Made by a program: the position numbers and the translations under genes. From Bacteroidia bacterium (GTDB lineage: Bacteria; Bacteroidota; Bacteroidia; Bacteroidales; VadinHA17), in assembly GCA_026391215.1 (NCBI GenBank), contig JAPLDX010000014.1, positions 1 through 14,640 of the forward strand: DNA of 14,640 nt. Reading direction: 5' to 3'. Of this stretch, positions 1-7,900 are shown piece after piece. Position 1 is the stretch's first letter. Every line of letters begins with the position of its first letter. The notes under the pieces were generated by a model. It made no database searches and was not told where the DNA came from. It was given only the letters and a program-made list of their open reading frames with translations.

Positions 1-507
1 GTATTTGACAAACCCCTTAAGAAGGTTGTTGTATATCTTGATCCCTCGGAATTTAAAAGCACATGGCTGGGAAACAAAAGCATCTACAGGACACGTATGG
101 CAATGGCCGATAACGGGGAGCTAATAGTTATTGCCCCAGGACTCAGGGAATTTGGTGAGGATAAGGAGATTGACAGGTTGATAAGGAAATATGGATACAG
201 GGGAACACCAGCAACTCTTAAAGCTCTTAAGGAAAACGAAGAGCTCAGGAATAATCTGAGCGCTGCTGCCCATTTTATTCATGGAAGCAGTGAAGGCAGG
301 TTTACAGTAACATATTGCCCTGGATATCTGACAAAAATAGAAATTGAATCGGTGAACTTTAAATATGCCAGTCTCAAAAAAATGATTAAGAGATATGATC
401 CGGAGAAACTTAAGGACGGCTTTAATAAAATGCCGGACGGTGAGGAAATATTCTATATCTCAAATCCGGCAGTCGGATTGTGGAGTTCAAGGGAGAGGCT
501 GAAATAA
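1..507 (+). CDS. LarA (lactate racemase) superfamily / DUF2088 protein, probable D-mannonate/D-gluconate 2-epimerase (GntE-like); 5'-truncated by the window edge
   Basis: Frame 1 is open from base 1 (VFDKPLKKVVVYLDPSEFKSTWLGNKSIYRTRMAMADNGELIVIAPGLREFGED...), so the ATG at 97 is internal. The STWLGNKxIYRTRMA-x-AD-x-GELIxIAPG and LSAAAHxIHGSSEGRF motifs match my recollection of the 'D-mannonate epimerase' branch of LarA homologues. The uxaE/gnd context agrees. Confidence 0.75.
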   Translation, partial: VFDKPLKKVVVYLDPSEFKSTWLGNKSIYRTRMAMADNGELIVIAPGLREFGEDKEIDRLIRKYGYRGTPATLKALKENEELRNNLSAAAHFIHGSSEGRFTVTYCPGYLTKIEIESVNFKYASLKKMIKRYDPEKLKDGFNKMPDGEEIFYISNPAVGLWSSRERLK

Positions 508-531
508 ATATATTTATAAATAGTGCATTTA

Positions 532-1524
532 ATGATCCATTGGGGCATTATAGGATGCGGAAAAGTAACTGAAGCCAAAAGTGGCCCGGCTTTCAGTAAG
601 ATAAAAAATTCACAGCTCAGGGCTGTCATGAGACGTGATGCTGCCCTGGCTGAAGATTATGCAAAAAGGCATAATGTTCCCAGATTCTATTCCAATGCAA
701 ATGACCTTATTAATGACAGTGATATTAATGCAGTTTATATAGCTACGCCTCCGGGCAGCCATGCCGAATATGCAATTAAAGTGCTTAAGTCGGGCAAACC
801 GGTCTACATTGAGAAGCCAATGGCTGCAAATTATGCAGAATGTGTCAGAATAAATAAAGCTGCTGAAAAATATCACCTGCCGGTCTTTGTCGCTTACTAC
901 AGAAGGACTCTTCCCGGATTCCTGAAAATAAAGGAGCTTATTGAAAATGGCTCAATAGGAAAAGTAAGATTCGTCAAACTGGAGATATACAACTTCCCGT
1001 CACAGGATGAAAAATCCGGCCATCTGCCCTGGCGGGTCATGCCGGAGATTTCAGGCGGGGGCCATTTCTTTGACCTTGCTTCACACCAGCTTGATTACCT
1101 CGATTTCCTGTTTGGTCCCATTCAAAAAGTCAAATCACTTGCTCTTAACCAGGCAGGATTATATCAGGCTGAAGATTTTGTATCAGCCGGATTTGTTTTC
1201 CCGGGGAATATAGCTGCCACAGGTAACTGGTGTTTTTCCGTTTCTCCGGAAGGAAACAGAGATTCTCTGGAGATATTTGGTGACCAGGGAATTATCAGTA
1301 CCTCAACTTTCTCCTTTGAACCAATTAAATTGATAAATAAAGAGGGTCAGCAGGAATTTATAAATGAAAGGCCTGAACATGTTCAGTATTACCTGATTGA
1401 GCAGATAGTCAAAGCATTGTCAGGCGAAGGGAGCGTGGCAAGCACGGGGATAACGGCAGCAAGGACAAGCAGGGTGATGGATCAAGTGGTAGCTGAATAC
1501 TATAAGACAAAAGGAAAAAGTTGA
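532..1524 (+). CDS. Gfo/Idh/MocA family NAD(P)-dependent oxidoreductase
   Basis: N-terminal Rossmann motif WGIIGCG, plus VYIATPPGSH, the family EKP motif (VYIEKPMA) and GGGHFFDLASHQLD. ATG 532 is preferred over GTG 523, but the start is uncertain. Confidence 0.9.
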   Translation: MIHWGIIGCGKVTEAKSGPAFSKIKNSQLRAVMRRDAALAEDYAKRHNVPRFYSNANDLINDSDINAVYIATPPGSHAEYAIKVLKSGKPVYIEKPMAANYAECVRINKAAEKYHLPVFVAYYRRTLPGFLKIKELIENGSIGKVRFVKLEIYNFPSQDEKSGHLPWRVMPEISGGGHFFDLASHQLDYLDFLFGPIQKVKSLALNQAGLYQAEDFVSAGFVFPGNIAATGNWCFSVSPEGNRDSLEIFGDQGIISTSTFSFEPIKLINKEGQQEFINERPEHVQYYLIEQIVKALSGEGSVASTGITAARTSRVMDQVVAEYYKTKGKS

Positions 1525-1566
1525 GGAACGAAGTGACGAAATCCCGAGAGCGAAGCGACTCGGGAA
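1525..1566. repeat. REP-like intergenic hairpin element
   Basis: TCCCGAG (1542-1548) and CTCGGGA (1559-1565) form an inverted repeat enclosing AGCGAAGCGA, which contains the GCGAAGC mini-hairpin. A degenerate copy, AACGAAGTGA, lies at 1527-1536. The element is GC-rich within an otherwise AT-rich spacer. Confidence 0.5.
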
Positions 1567-1589
1567 TGAAAGAAATAAACAATTTGGTT

Positions 1590-3044
1590 ATGAATAAATT
1601 ATCGGACATTGGATTGATTGGGCTTGCAGTTATGGGCGAGAATCTCGTACTCAATATGGAGAGCAAGGGATTCCGGGTAACTGTTTTTAACCGTACGGTA
1701 CAGAAGGTTGATGATTTTCTTGCCGGAAGGGCAAAAGGGAAGAACATAACAGGAGCTCATTCAATTGAGGAGCTCGTCAGTTCACTGAGCCGCCCCAGGA
1801 AAGTAATGATCATGGTCAAGGCTGGCAGTGCTGTTGATGAGATGATAAATACTCTTATTCCTCACCTTGAGAAAGGTGATATAATTATTGACGGAGGTAA
1901 TACTCATTTCCCTGACACTAACAGGCGTACAGCTCTTGTTGAAAGCAAGGACCTTCTTTATATAGGTACAGGAGTTTCAGGCGGCGAAGAAGGAGCCCTG
2001 CTTGGCCCTTCTATAATGCCGGGAGGATCAAAGGCTGCCTGGCCTTTTGTCAAGCCGATATTCCAGGCTATAGCTGCCAAGGTTGAAGACGGCTCCCCAT
2101 GCTGCGACTGGGTTGGAGATAACGGTGCCGGACATTTTGTAAAAATGGTGCATAATGGCATCGAATACGGCGATATGCAGCTTATCTGCGAAGCATATCA
2201 GTTAATGAGGGATATGCTCCATATAAGTGCCGATGAGATGCATCTTGTATTCAAGGATTGGAATAAAGGAGATCTCGACAGTTACCTTATTGAAATAACA
2301 AGAGATATTCTGGCTTATAAGGATTCTGACGGCAAACCTCTTGTAGATAAGATACTTGACACAGCCGGACAAAAAGGTACAGGTAAGTGGACAGCTGTTA
2401 CAGCGCTTGATCATGGAATCCCGCTTACTCTTATCGGAGAAGCAGTATTTGCAAGATGCCTCTCTGCAATTAAGGAAGAAAGAGTCAAGGCATCAAAGGT
2501 GCTGCACGGGCCCAACCCTGCGTTTTCAGGAGATAAATCAAAATTTATAAATGATCTGAAAGATGCTCTCTATGCGTCAAAAATAGTCTCGTATGCGCAG
2601 GGTTATGCACTTATGAGAGCAGCTGCTGCGGAGTACAAATGGGATTTTAATTATGGAGGAATTGCACTTATGTGGCGCGGAGGCTGTATAATAAGATCCG
2701 CATTTCTCAGTAAGATCAAAGAAGCATTTGATAACAATCCTTCAATCACTAACCTTCTTCTTGATCCGTTCTTCAGGGATAAAGTGGAAAAAGCCCAGAA
2801 AGGGTGGAGGAATGTGGTATCGGCTGCAGTTACTAACGGAATACCAGTTCCTGCAATATCAGCAGCTCTTGGATATTTTGACGGCTATCGCTGTGAAAGG
2901 CTTCCACAAAACCTTCTGCAGGCTCAGAGAGATTACTTCGGTGCTCATACCTATGAACGTACCGACAAGCCAAGAGGAGAATTCTTCCACACAAACTGGA
3001 CAGGAAGAGGTGGCTCAACCTCTTCTTCAACATATAATGTATAA
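1590..3044 (+). CDS. gnd: 6-phosphogluconate dehydrogenase, decarboxylating (NADP-type)
   Basis: Motifs IGLIGLAVMGENL, FNRT (NADP signature), GVSGGEEGA, GHFVKMVHNGIEYGDMQ, ILDTAGQKGTGKW and LLQAQRDYFGAHTYER. Family homology begins at MNKLSDIG (ATG 1590). The ORF track start at 1521 runs through the hairpin element. Confidence 0.97.
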   Translation: MNKLSDIGLIGLAVMGENLVLNMESKGFRVTVFNRTVQKVDDFLAGRAKGKNITGAHSIEELVSSLSRPRKVMIMVKAGSAVDEMINTLIPHLEKGDIIIDGGNTHFPDTNRRTALVESKDLLYIGTGVSGGEEGALLGPSIMPGGSKAAWPFVKPIFQAIAAKVEDGSPCCDWVGDNGAGHFVKMVHNGIEYGDMQLICEAYQLMRDMLHISADEMHLVFKDWNKGDLDSYLIEITRDILAYKDSDGKPLVDKILDTAGQKGTGKWTAVTALDHGIPLTLIGEAVFARCLSAIKEERVKASKVLHGPNPAFSGDKSKFINDLKDALYASKIVSYAQGYALMRAAAAEYKWDFNYGGIALMWRGGCIIRSAFLSKIKEAFDNNPSITNLLLDPFFRDKVEKAQKGWRNVVSAAVTNGIPVPAISAALGYFDGYRCERLPQNLLQAQRDYFGAHTYERTDKPRGEFFHTNWTGRGGSTSSSTYNV

Positions 3045-3064
3045 TAAACTTAACCAGATAAATT

Positions 3065-4363
3065 ATGCCAGAAGTAAAAAAATTCAGTAACTACAGATGG
3101 ACTGTCTGTGCATTGATATTCTTTGCAACAACAGTCAACTACCTGGACAGGCAGATAATAGGGATACTCAAGCCCCTACTGGATTCTGAACTTGGAATCG
3201 GTGAGAAAGATTATGCACATATTATCATGACCTTCCAGCTCCTGTATGCTGTCGGTATGTTTTTTGCCGGACGGCTGATAGATAAATTCGGAACCAAAAT
3301 TGGATATGGAGTTTCCGTTGTTTTATGGAGCATTGCAGCTATGGGACACGCTTTGGCAAAAGGTGTATTGGGTTTCGGAATATGGAGAGGTTTCCTCGGA
3401 ATCAGCGAAGCGGGTAACTTTCCTGCAGCAAATAAAGCGATAGCCGAATGGTTCCCAAAGAAAGAACGGGCTCTTGCCTTCGGGATAATGAATTCGGGAA
3501 CAAATGTCGGGGCAATATTGGCTCCCCTGGCCATCCCTGCCATGCTGATTGCATGGGGCTGGCAGGCAGCATTTATTGTCACCGGATCAATAGGTTTCAT
3601 CTGGGTAATTATATGGTTTATATTTTATGAAGTACCGGAAAAACACAAAAAGGTATCTGCAAGCGAGCTTGCTTACATTAATAGTGATGTTGATGAACAG
3701 AATGAGACAAAAGAGAAAGTTCCATGGATGAAGCTGTTCAAGTTACGGCAGACATGGCTCTTCTTTATCGGTAAAGGTCTGACTGACCCTATATGGTGGT
3801 TTTACCTGTTCTGGATCCCCGGATGGCTTTCAACTGTCAGAGGTGCAGGTCTCAGCGTTTCATCATTCGGATTGCCTCTTGCCTTCATTTATACAATGAC
3901 TACAATAGGCAGCATAGGCGGAGGATGGGTCTCCGGATTTATGATCACGAAAGGCATGTCGCCATATAAGTCAAGAAAAGTGACCATGCTTATCTTTGCA
4001 CTTATGGTCGTGCCCATCATATTTGCACAATCGAAAGGAGTCAGCACGTGGGGTGCAGTCTGCCTTATTGCTCTTGCAGCATCAGCACACCAGGCCTGGT
4101 CCACAAACCTCTTTACCACCGTATCAGATGCCTTTCCAAAGAAAGTTGTTAGCTCAATCACCGGAATCGGTGGACTGGCAGGTGCTGTTGGCGGTGCTTT
4201 TATTTCATATATAGCAGGAGGTATACTCCAGCATTTTAAAGACCTGGGACATATTGAAACAGGGTATGTTGTAATGTTTGCCATAGCAGGAAGCGCTTAT
4301 CTGCTTGCATGGATAATAATGACAGCTTTTGCACCAAAAAACAATAAGGTAGTTCTTGACTGA
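3065..4363 (+). CDS. exuT: MFS transporter, ExuT-like hexuronate:cation symporter
   Basis: Motifs YRWTVCALIFFATTVNYLDRQ, GISEAGNFPAA, EWFPKKERALAFGIMNSG, TDPIWWFYLFW and AHQAWSTNLFT are typical of the ExuT/ACS family. There are about 12 hydrophobic segments, and the gene is in an operon with uxaE. Confidence 0.85.
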   Translation: MPEVKKFSNYRWTVCALIFFATTVNYLDRQIIGILKPLLDSELGIGEKDYAHIIMTFQLLYAVGMFFAGRLIDKFGTKIGYGVSVVLWSIAAMGHALAKGVLGFGIWRGFLGISEAGNFPAANKAIAEWFPKKERALAFGIMNSGTNVGAILAPLAIPAMLIAWGWQAAFIVTGSIGFIWVIIWFIFYEVPEKHKKVSASELAYINSDVDEQNETKEKVPWMKLFKLRQTWLFFIGKGLTDPIWWFYLFWIPGWLSTVRGAGLSVSSFGLPLAFIYTMTTIGSIGGGWVSGFMITKGMSPYKSRKVTMLIFALMVVPIIFAQSKGVSTWGAVCLIALAASAHQAWSTNLFTTVSDAFPKKVVSSITGIGGLAGAVGGAFISYIAGGILQHFKDLGHIETGYVVMFAIAGSAYLLAWIIMTAFAPKNNKVVLD

Positions 4364-4365
4364 CA

Positions 4366-5430
4366 ATGCCTTCCAATAAAGCCAGGATAAAGGATATAGC
4401 TGCACGTGCAGGAGTCTCTATAGGTACCGTCGATAGAGTCCTGCACGAAAGAGGCGAGGTAGCGGAAAAAACGAGAGAGAGAATCATCAAGATCGCCAAA
4501 GATCTTGATTATTCTCCCAACTTTCTTGCGAGAGCTCTTAAGACAAAAAGGAAGCTCCACCTGGTCTCCCTTCTGCCAGAGGCTACAGAAGAAAATGCAT
4601 TCTGGTTAAAACATCCTCTGGGATTAAAGAGGGCAATTAATGAACTTGATCCATTCCCGGTAAAGCTGAGCCAGGTAACTTTTGACCTGCTTAATGAGAA
4701 GAACTTCCTGGAAAAAACAGTTAATGTCTTTAACCTTCACCCTGACGGTGTAATACTTGCTCCGATCTTTAAGGCTGAATCAATTGATTTTTGCAATCGC
4801 CTGACGAAGAAGAAGATCCCATTTGTCTTCCTGGATGGCTATTTGAAAGAATCTGAATTTCTTTCATATACCGGCGAAGATATTTTTCAGAGCGGCCGTG
4901 TAGCAGGCCAGCTGACCGATATGGTGACTCCTGTTCAAAAAGATATTCTCATTATCAATATAGTGAGAAATCTTAAGAATGTTGAGCACCTGAACATCAG
5001 AACCCAGGGTTTCCTTAGTTATTTTACAAAGTCAGCCAGGAACTCTGAAAGAATAATAAAACTGCGTATATCGGACCCTGTGCCTGAAAATATAAGGAAA
5101 GAAACAGGAAGGGCACTCAGGAGGAATCCTGAAATAAGCTCAATATTTGTTACAGGATCCAAATCATATAAGATAGCTGATTTTATAAGATCGGAAGAAA
5201 TACACCCGTTAAATATCATAGGTTACGACCTCCTTGAAAAAAATGTATCACATCTTAAATCCGGAACGATAAAATTTCTTATTGGACAAAGACCTGAAGA
5301 ACAGGCATATAGGGGAGTCAGAAAGCTTTTCGATTTTCTGTCATTGAATAAGGTTCCTGAAAAGATGGAATATCTCCCGATAGATATTGTTACTTCAGAA
5401 AATGTAAATTTCTTCATAAACAATCATTGA
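4366..5430 (+). CDS. LacI-family transcriptional regulator
   Basis: N-terminal HTH RIKDIAARAGVSIGTVDRVLH and hinge YSPNFLARAL, followed by a periplasmic-binding-protein-like sugar-binding domain. Confidence 0.95.
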   Translation: MPSNKARIKDIAARAGVSIGTVDRVLHERGEVAEKTRERIIKIAKDLDYSPNFLARALKTKRKLHLVSLLPEATEENAFWLKHPLGLKRAINELDPFPVKLSQVTFDLLNEKNFLEKTVNVFNLHPDGVILAPIFKAESIDFCNRLTKKKIPFVFLDGYLKESEFLSYTGEDIFQSGRVAGQLTDMVTPVQKDILIINIVRNLKNVEHLNIRTQGFLSYFTKSARNSERIIKLRISDPVPENIRKETGRALRRNPEISSIFVTGSKSYKIADFIRSEEIHPLNIIGYDLLEKNVSHLKSGTIKFLIGQRPEEQAYRGVRKLFDFLSLNKVPEKMEYLPIDIVTSENVNFFINNH

Positions 5431-5433
5431 AAT

Positions 5434-6687
5434 ATGAAAAAACTGGGAAAATATTCAATTGGCATGGGTGACAGATTCGGTCACCAGGGACATGCACAGC
5501 TTGAAGCAGTAATTGAAGCGGGAAAGAAAGGTATTGATATAACTCCGGTATGGAACAAATCAAACAGGGAGCATAATATTATAGGCACTGAACCGGGTGA
5601 TGTCAGGAAAGAAGCTGACGCCGTAACAAAAAAAGCAGGTTTCAGAAAGCCATATTTTGTTGATGCTGACCACATTAATCTTGAGACAGTAGACAGGTTC
5701 ATTGAGAGCTCAGATTTCTTTACAATTGATGTGGCATCATATATTGGCAAGAGAGCCGGAAATGATGAAATACAGGCTTTTCTTCAGGGAGCAGAAAAAT
5801 ATTCCGGTGTTCTGAAAATACCGGGTATAAGGAATCCTTTAAAGGTCAGCATTAATCAGATAGCCGGGATAGCTGAAAAATATCTTTTTGCAGCTATCAA
5901 GGCGTGGGAAATATTCAGGAAAATAGAAAAATCAAAAGGTAAAGGAAACTTCGTCACAGAAGTGTCAATGGATGAAGTTTCTCATCCCCAGACACCTGTT
6001 GAGCTGTTCTTTATTCTTAAGATGCTCGGTGAAGAGAGCATACCTGTTCAAACTATAGCCCCCAAATTTTCCGGAAGGTTCAATAAAGGGGTTGATTATG
6101 TGGGAGATCCGGAATATTTTTCTGATGAATTTGAAGCCGATCTTATGGTTATTGATTTCGCTGTCAGGGAGTTTGGTTTGCCCGATAACCTTAAAATGAG
6201 CATTCATTCAGGCTCTGACAAGTTTGCATTATACCCTGAAATAGGATCAGTTATAAAGAAGCATAATAAGGGAATTCATCTGAAAACCGCAGGTACCACC
6301 TGGCTTGAAGAAGTTATCGGGCTGGCAGAATCAGGAGGGAAAGCTCTTGAATTTGTAAAAGAAATCTATTGCAAATCGCTGGAAAAGACAGAGGAGCTTT
6401 GCGCACCCTATGCTGACGTGATCGATATTAATGTCTCAAAGCTTCCTTCAAAAGCTGAAGTATTAAAATGGAACAGCAAAAAATTTGCGGATGCTTTAAG
6501 ACACATACCCGGTAATCCCTCCTACAATCCCAATATGAGGCAGCTTGTACACGTGGCGTATAAGATGGCCGCTGAAAGAATGGATGAATATGTTCACCTG
6601 CTGGAGGCCAATGAAAAGACTGTTGCTAAATGTGTCTTTGAGAACATGTATAAGAGGCACATCTGCAGGTTGTTCGATCTGAAATGA
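5434..6687 (+). CDS. uxaE: Tagaturonate/fructuronate epimerase (UxaE family)
   Basis: Motifs SIGMGDRFG, YFVDADH, FTID, EVSMDE, APKFSGRFNKGVDYVGD, SIHSGSDKF and HLKTAGTTWLEE match the UxaE family. Adjacent to the exuT-like transporter and LacI genes. Confidence 0.9.
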   Translation: MKKLGKYSIGMGDRFGHQGHAQLEAVIEAGKKGIDITPVWNKSNREHNIIGTEPGDVRKEADAVTKKAGFRKPYFVDADHINLETVDRFIESSDFFTIDVASYIGKRAGNDEIQAFLQGAEKYSGVLKIPGIRNPLKVSINQIAGIAEKYLFAAIKAWEIFRKIEKSKGKGNFVTEVSMDEVSHPQTPVELFFILKMLGEESIPVQTIAPKFSGRFNKGVDYVGDPEYFSDEFEADLMVIDFAVREFGLPDNLKMSIHSGSDKFALYPEIGSVIKKHNKGIHLKTAGTTWLEEVIGLAESGGKALEFVKEIYCKSLEKTEELCAPYADVIDINVSKLPSKAEVLKWNSKKFADALRHIPGNPSYNPNMRQLVHVAYKMAAERMDEYVHLLEANEKTVAKCVFENMYKRHICRLFDLK

Positions 6688-6726
6688 CCCCCCTTCAGGG
6701 AGGATGCCGTTTTAGCGGCAGGAGGG
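6688..6726. repeat. GC-rich double-hairpin element between convergent stop codons (REP-like, or an mRNA 3'-end structure)
   Basis: CCCCCC-TTCA-GGGAGG (6688-6703) is followed by TGCCGT-TTTA-GCGGCA (6705-6720) and GGAGGG, filling the whole 39-bp gap. There is no poly-T tract on either strand. Confidence 0.5.
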
Positions 6727-7896
6727 TTATCTGTCAAGTTCCAGTGCTGCAAGGATGAATGCTCCTATTCCCTTGGTGTCGTTATCGACACGCTTTTCGT
6801 TTATATAATATTCATAAGAGCCGTCCCTGTAGGGATTTCCTCCGAGCCCGCATCCTCCTACAATATTATGCATGGTAAGCATGCCTTTTTCATCGACAGT
6901 AATAAGTTCCTTTATGATACCATCGAAGGATTTATTGGCAATATCGATGTACTTTTGATCAAGATATCGCATTTTTGCTCCTCTTGCAAAAACATAAGTG
7001 AACATTGCCGAGCCTGAGCCTTCAAGGTAATTGCCTTGTCTCCCGCCCTGGTTCAGAACCTGGCACCAGATGCCCGATTCAGGATCGCGCACTTTAAGAA
7101 GGGCATCGCAGGTTTTCTGAAGTATGGTTATCAGTGCATCCCTGTCAGCGTGATCAGCAGGCAGATAATCAAGTATGTCTACGATTGCCATCAGGTACCA
7201 TCCTGTTGCCCTGCTCCATGGGTATAATGACTGTCCTGTTTCAGGATTGCACCACTTTTGCTGATGGCTTTCGTCCCAGGCATGCATCGGCAAGCCGGTT
7301 GAGGGATCAAGAGTCTTTTCATAGATGACTTTTACCTGGAATGCTGCAACATCATACCATTCAGGGGCATTGAACTCTTTTGCATACTGAACCATATAGG
7401 TTGATGCCATGTAAATTCCATCGAGCCACATCTGCCATGGGTATATCTTCTTATGCCAGTAGCCTCCGGCGTTCGTCTTTGGATGTGTCTTCAGCTGTTC
7501 AATGAAATTATCGAGTGCGATCTTATATTTCGGGTCAGGATTTCTCCGGTTAACTGTAAGAACGTTCCTTCCCGGATAAATCCTGTCAAGATTATATTCT
7601 TCCAGACTGTAATCAATGACCGATCCGTCAGGCTGGACAAAGTACCTTACCCAATCTTCCATATACTTTGAATATTTGGGATCAACATTCCCCAACTTAT
7701 CCACCGCCATGCCCAGGAAAGCCACATCATAAGCCCATTTTGGTTTGCCGTCCACATAATGTATAAGGCTGTCGGAGCTGGAAATCACAGTGTTAGCCAT
7801 CCTTACTGACCATTTTTCCTGAACCTTCGCGCTGCTGCTGCCCGTACCTAATCCTGACATGAGGATGATAAATGCTGTAAACAGAATACTTCTCAT
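6727..7896 (-). CDS. Glycoside hydrolase family 105 (unsaturated rhamnogalacturonyl/glucuronyl hydrolase, YteR/YesR-like), secreted
   Basis: N-terminal signal peptide (MRSILFTAFIILMSGLG...), plus motifs YNLDRI, GGYWHKKIYPWQMWLDGIYM, HAWDE, WSRATGW, NYLEGSGS and YRDGSYEYY. Confidence 0.9.
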   Translation of the reverse strand: MRSILFTAFIILMSGLGTGSSSAKVQEKWSVRMANTVISSSDSLIHYVDGKPKWAYDVAFLGMAVDKLGNVDPKYSKYMEDWVRYFVQPDGSVIDYSLEEYNLDRIYPGRNVLTVNRRNPDPKYKIALDNFIEQLKTHPKTNAGGYWHKKIYPWQMWLDGIYMASTYMVQYAKEFNAPEWYDVAAFQVKVIYEKTLDPSTGLPMHAWDESHQQKWCNPETGQSLYPWSRATGWYLMAIVDILDYLPADHADRDALITILQKTCDALLKVRDPESGIWCQVLNQGGRQGNYLEGSGSAMFTYVFARGAKMRYLDQKYIDIANKSFDGIIKELITVDEKGMLTMHNIVGGCGLGGNPYRDGSYEYYINEKRVDNDTKGIGAFILAALELDR

Positions 7897-7900
7897 ATAA

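Noticed and set aside
97-507. Stand-alone 136-aa protein starting at ATG 97
   Set aside because: The frame is open back to base 1 with conserved-looking sequence, so this is the C-terminal part of a longer gene.
504-522. Two overlapping perfect palindromes, ATAAATATATTTAT (504-517) and TATTTATAAATA (511-522)
   Set aside because: Pure A/T low-complexity spacer with no resemblance to a CG-centred LacI operator. Likely chance.
1521-1589. 23-aa N-terminal extension of Gnd from TTG 1521
   Set aside because: It does not resemble Gnd and spans the hairpin element. ATG 1590, with an A-rich leader, matches the family start.
3211-4284. Antisense ORFs of 129 and 131 aa inside the MFS gene
   Set aside because: Shadow ORFs opposite a well-supported gene, with no recognisable motifs. 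The same applies to the other short nested ORFs in the track.
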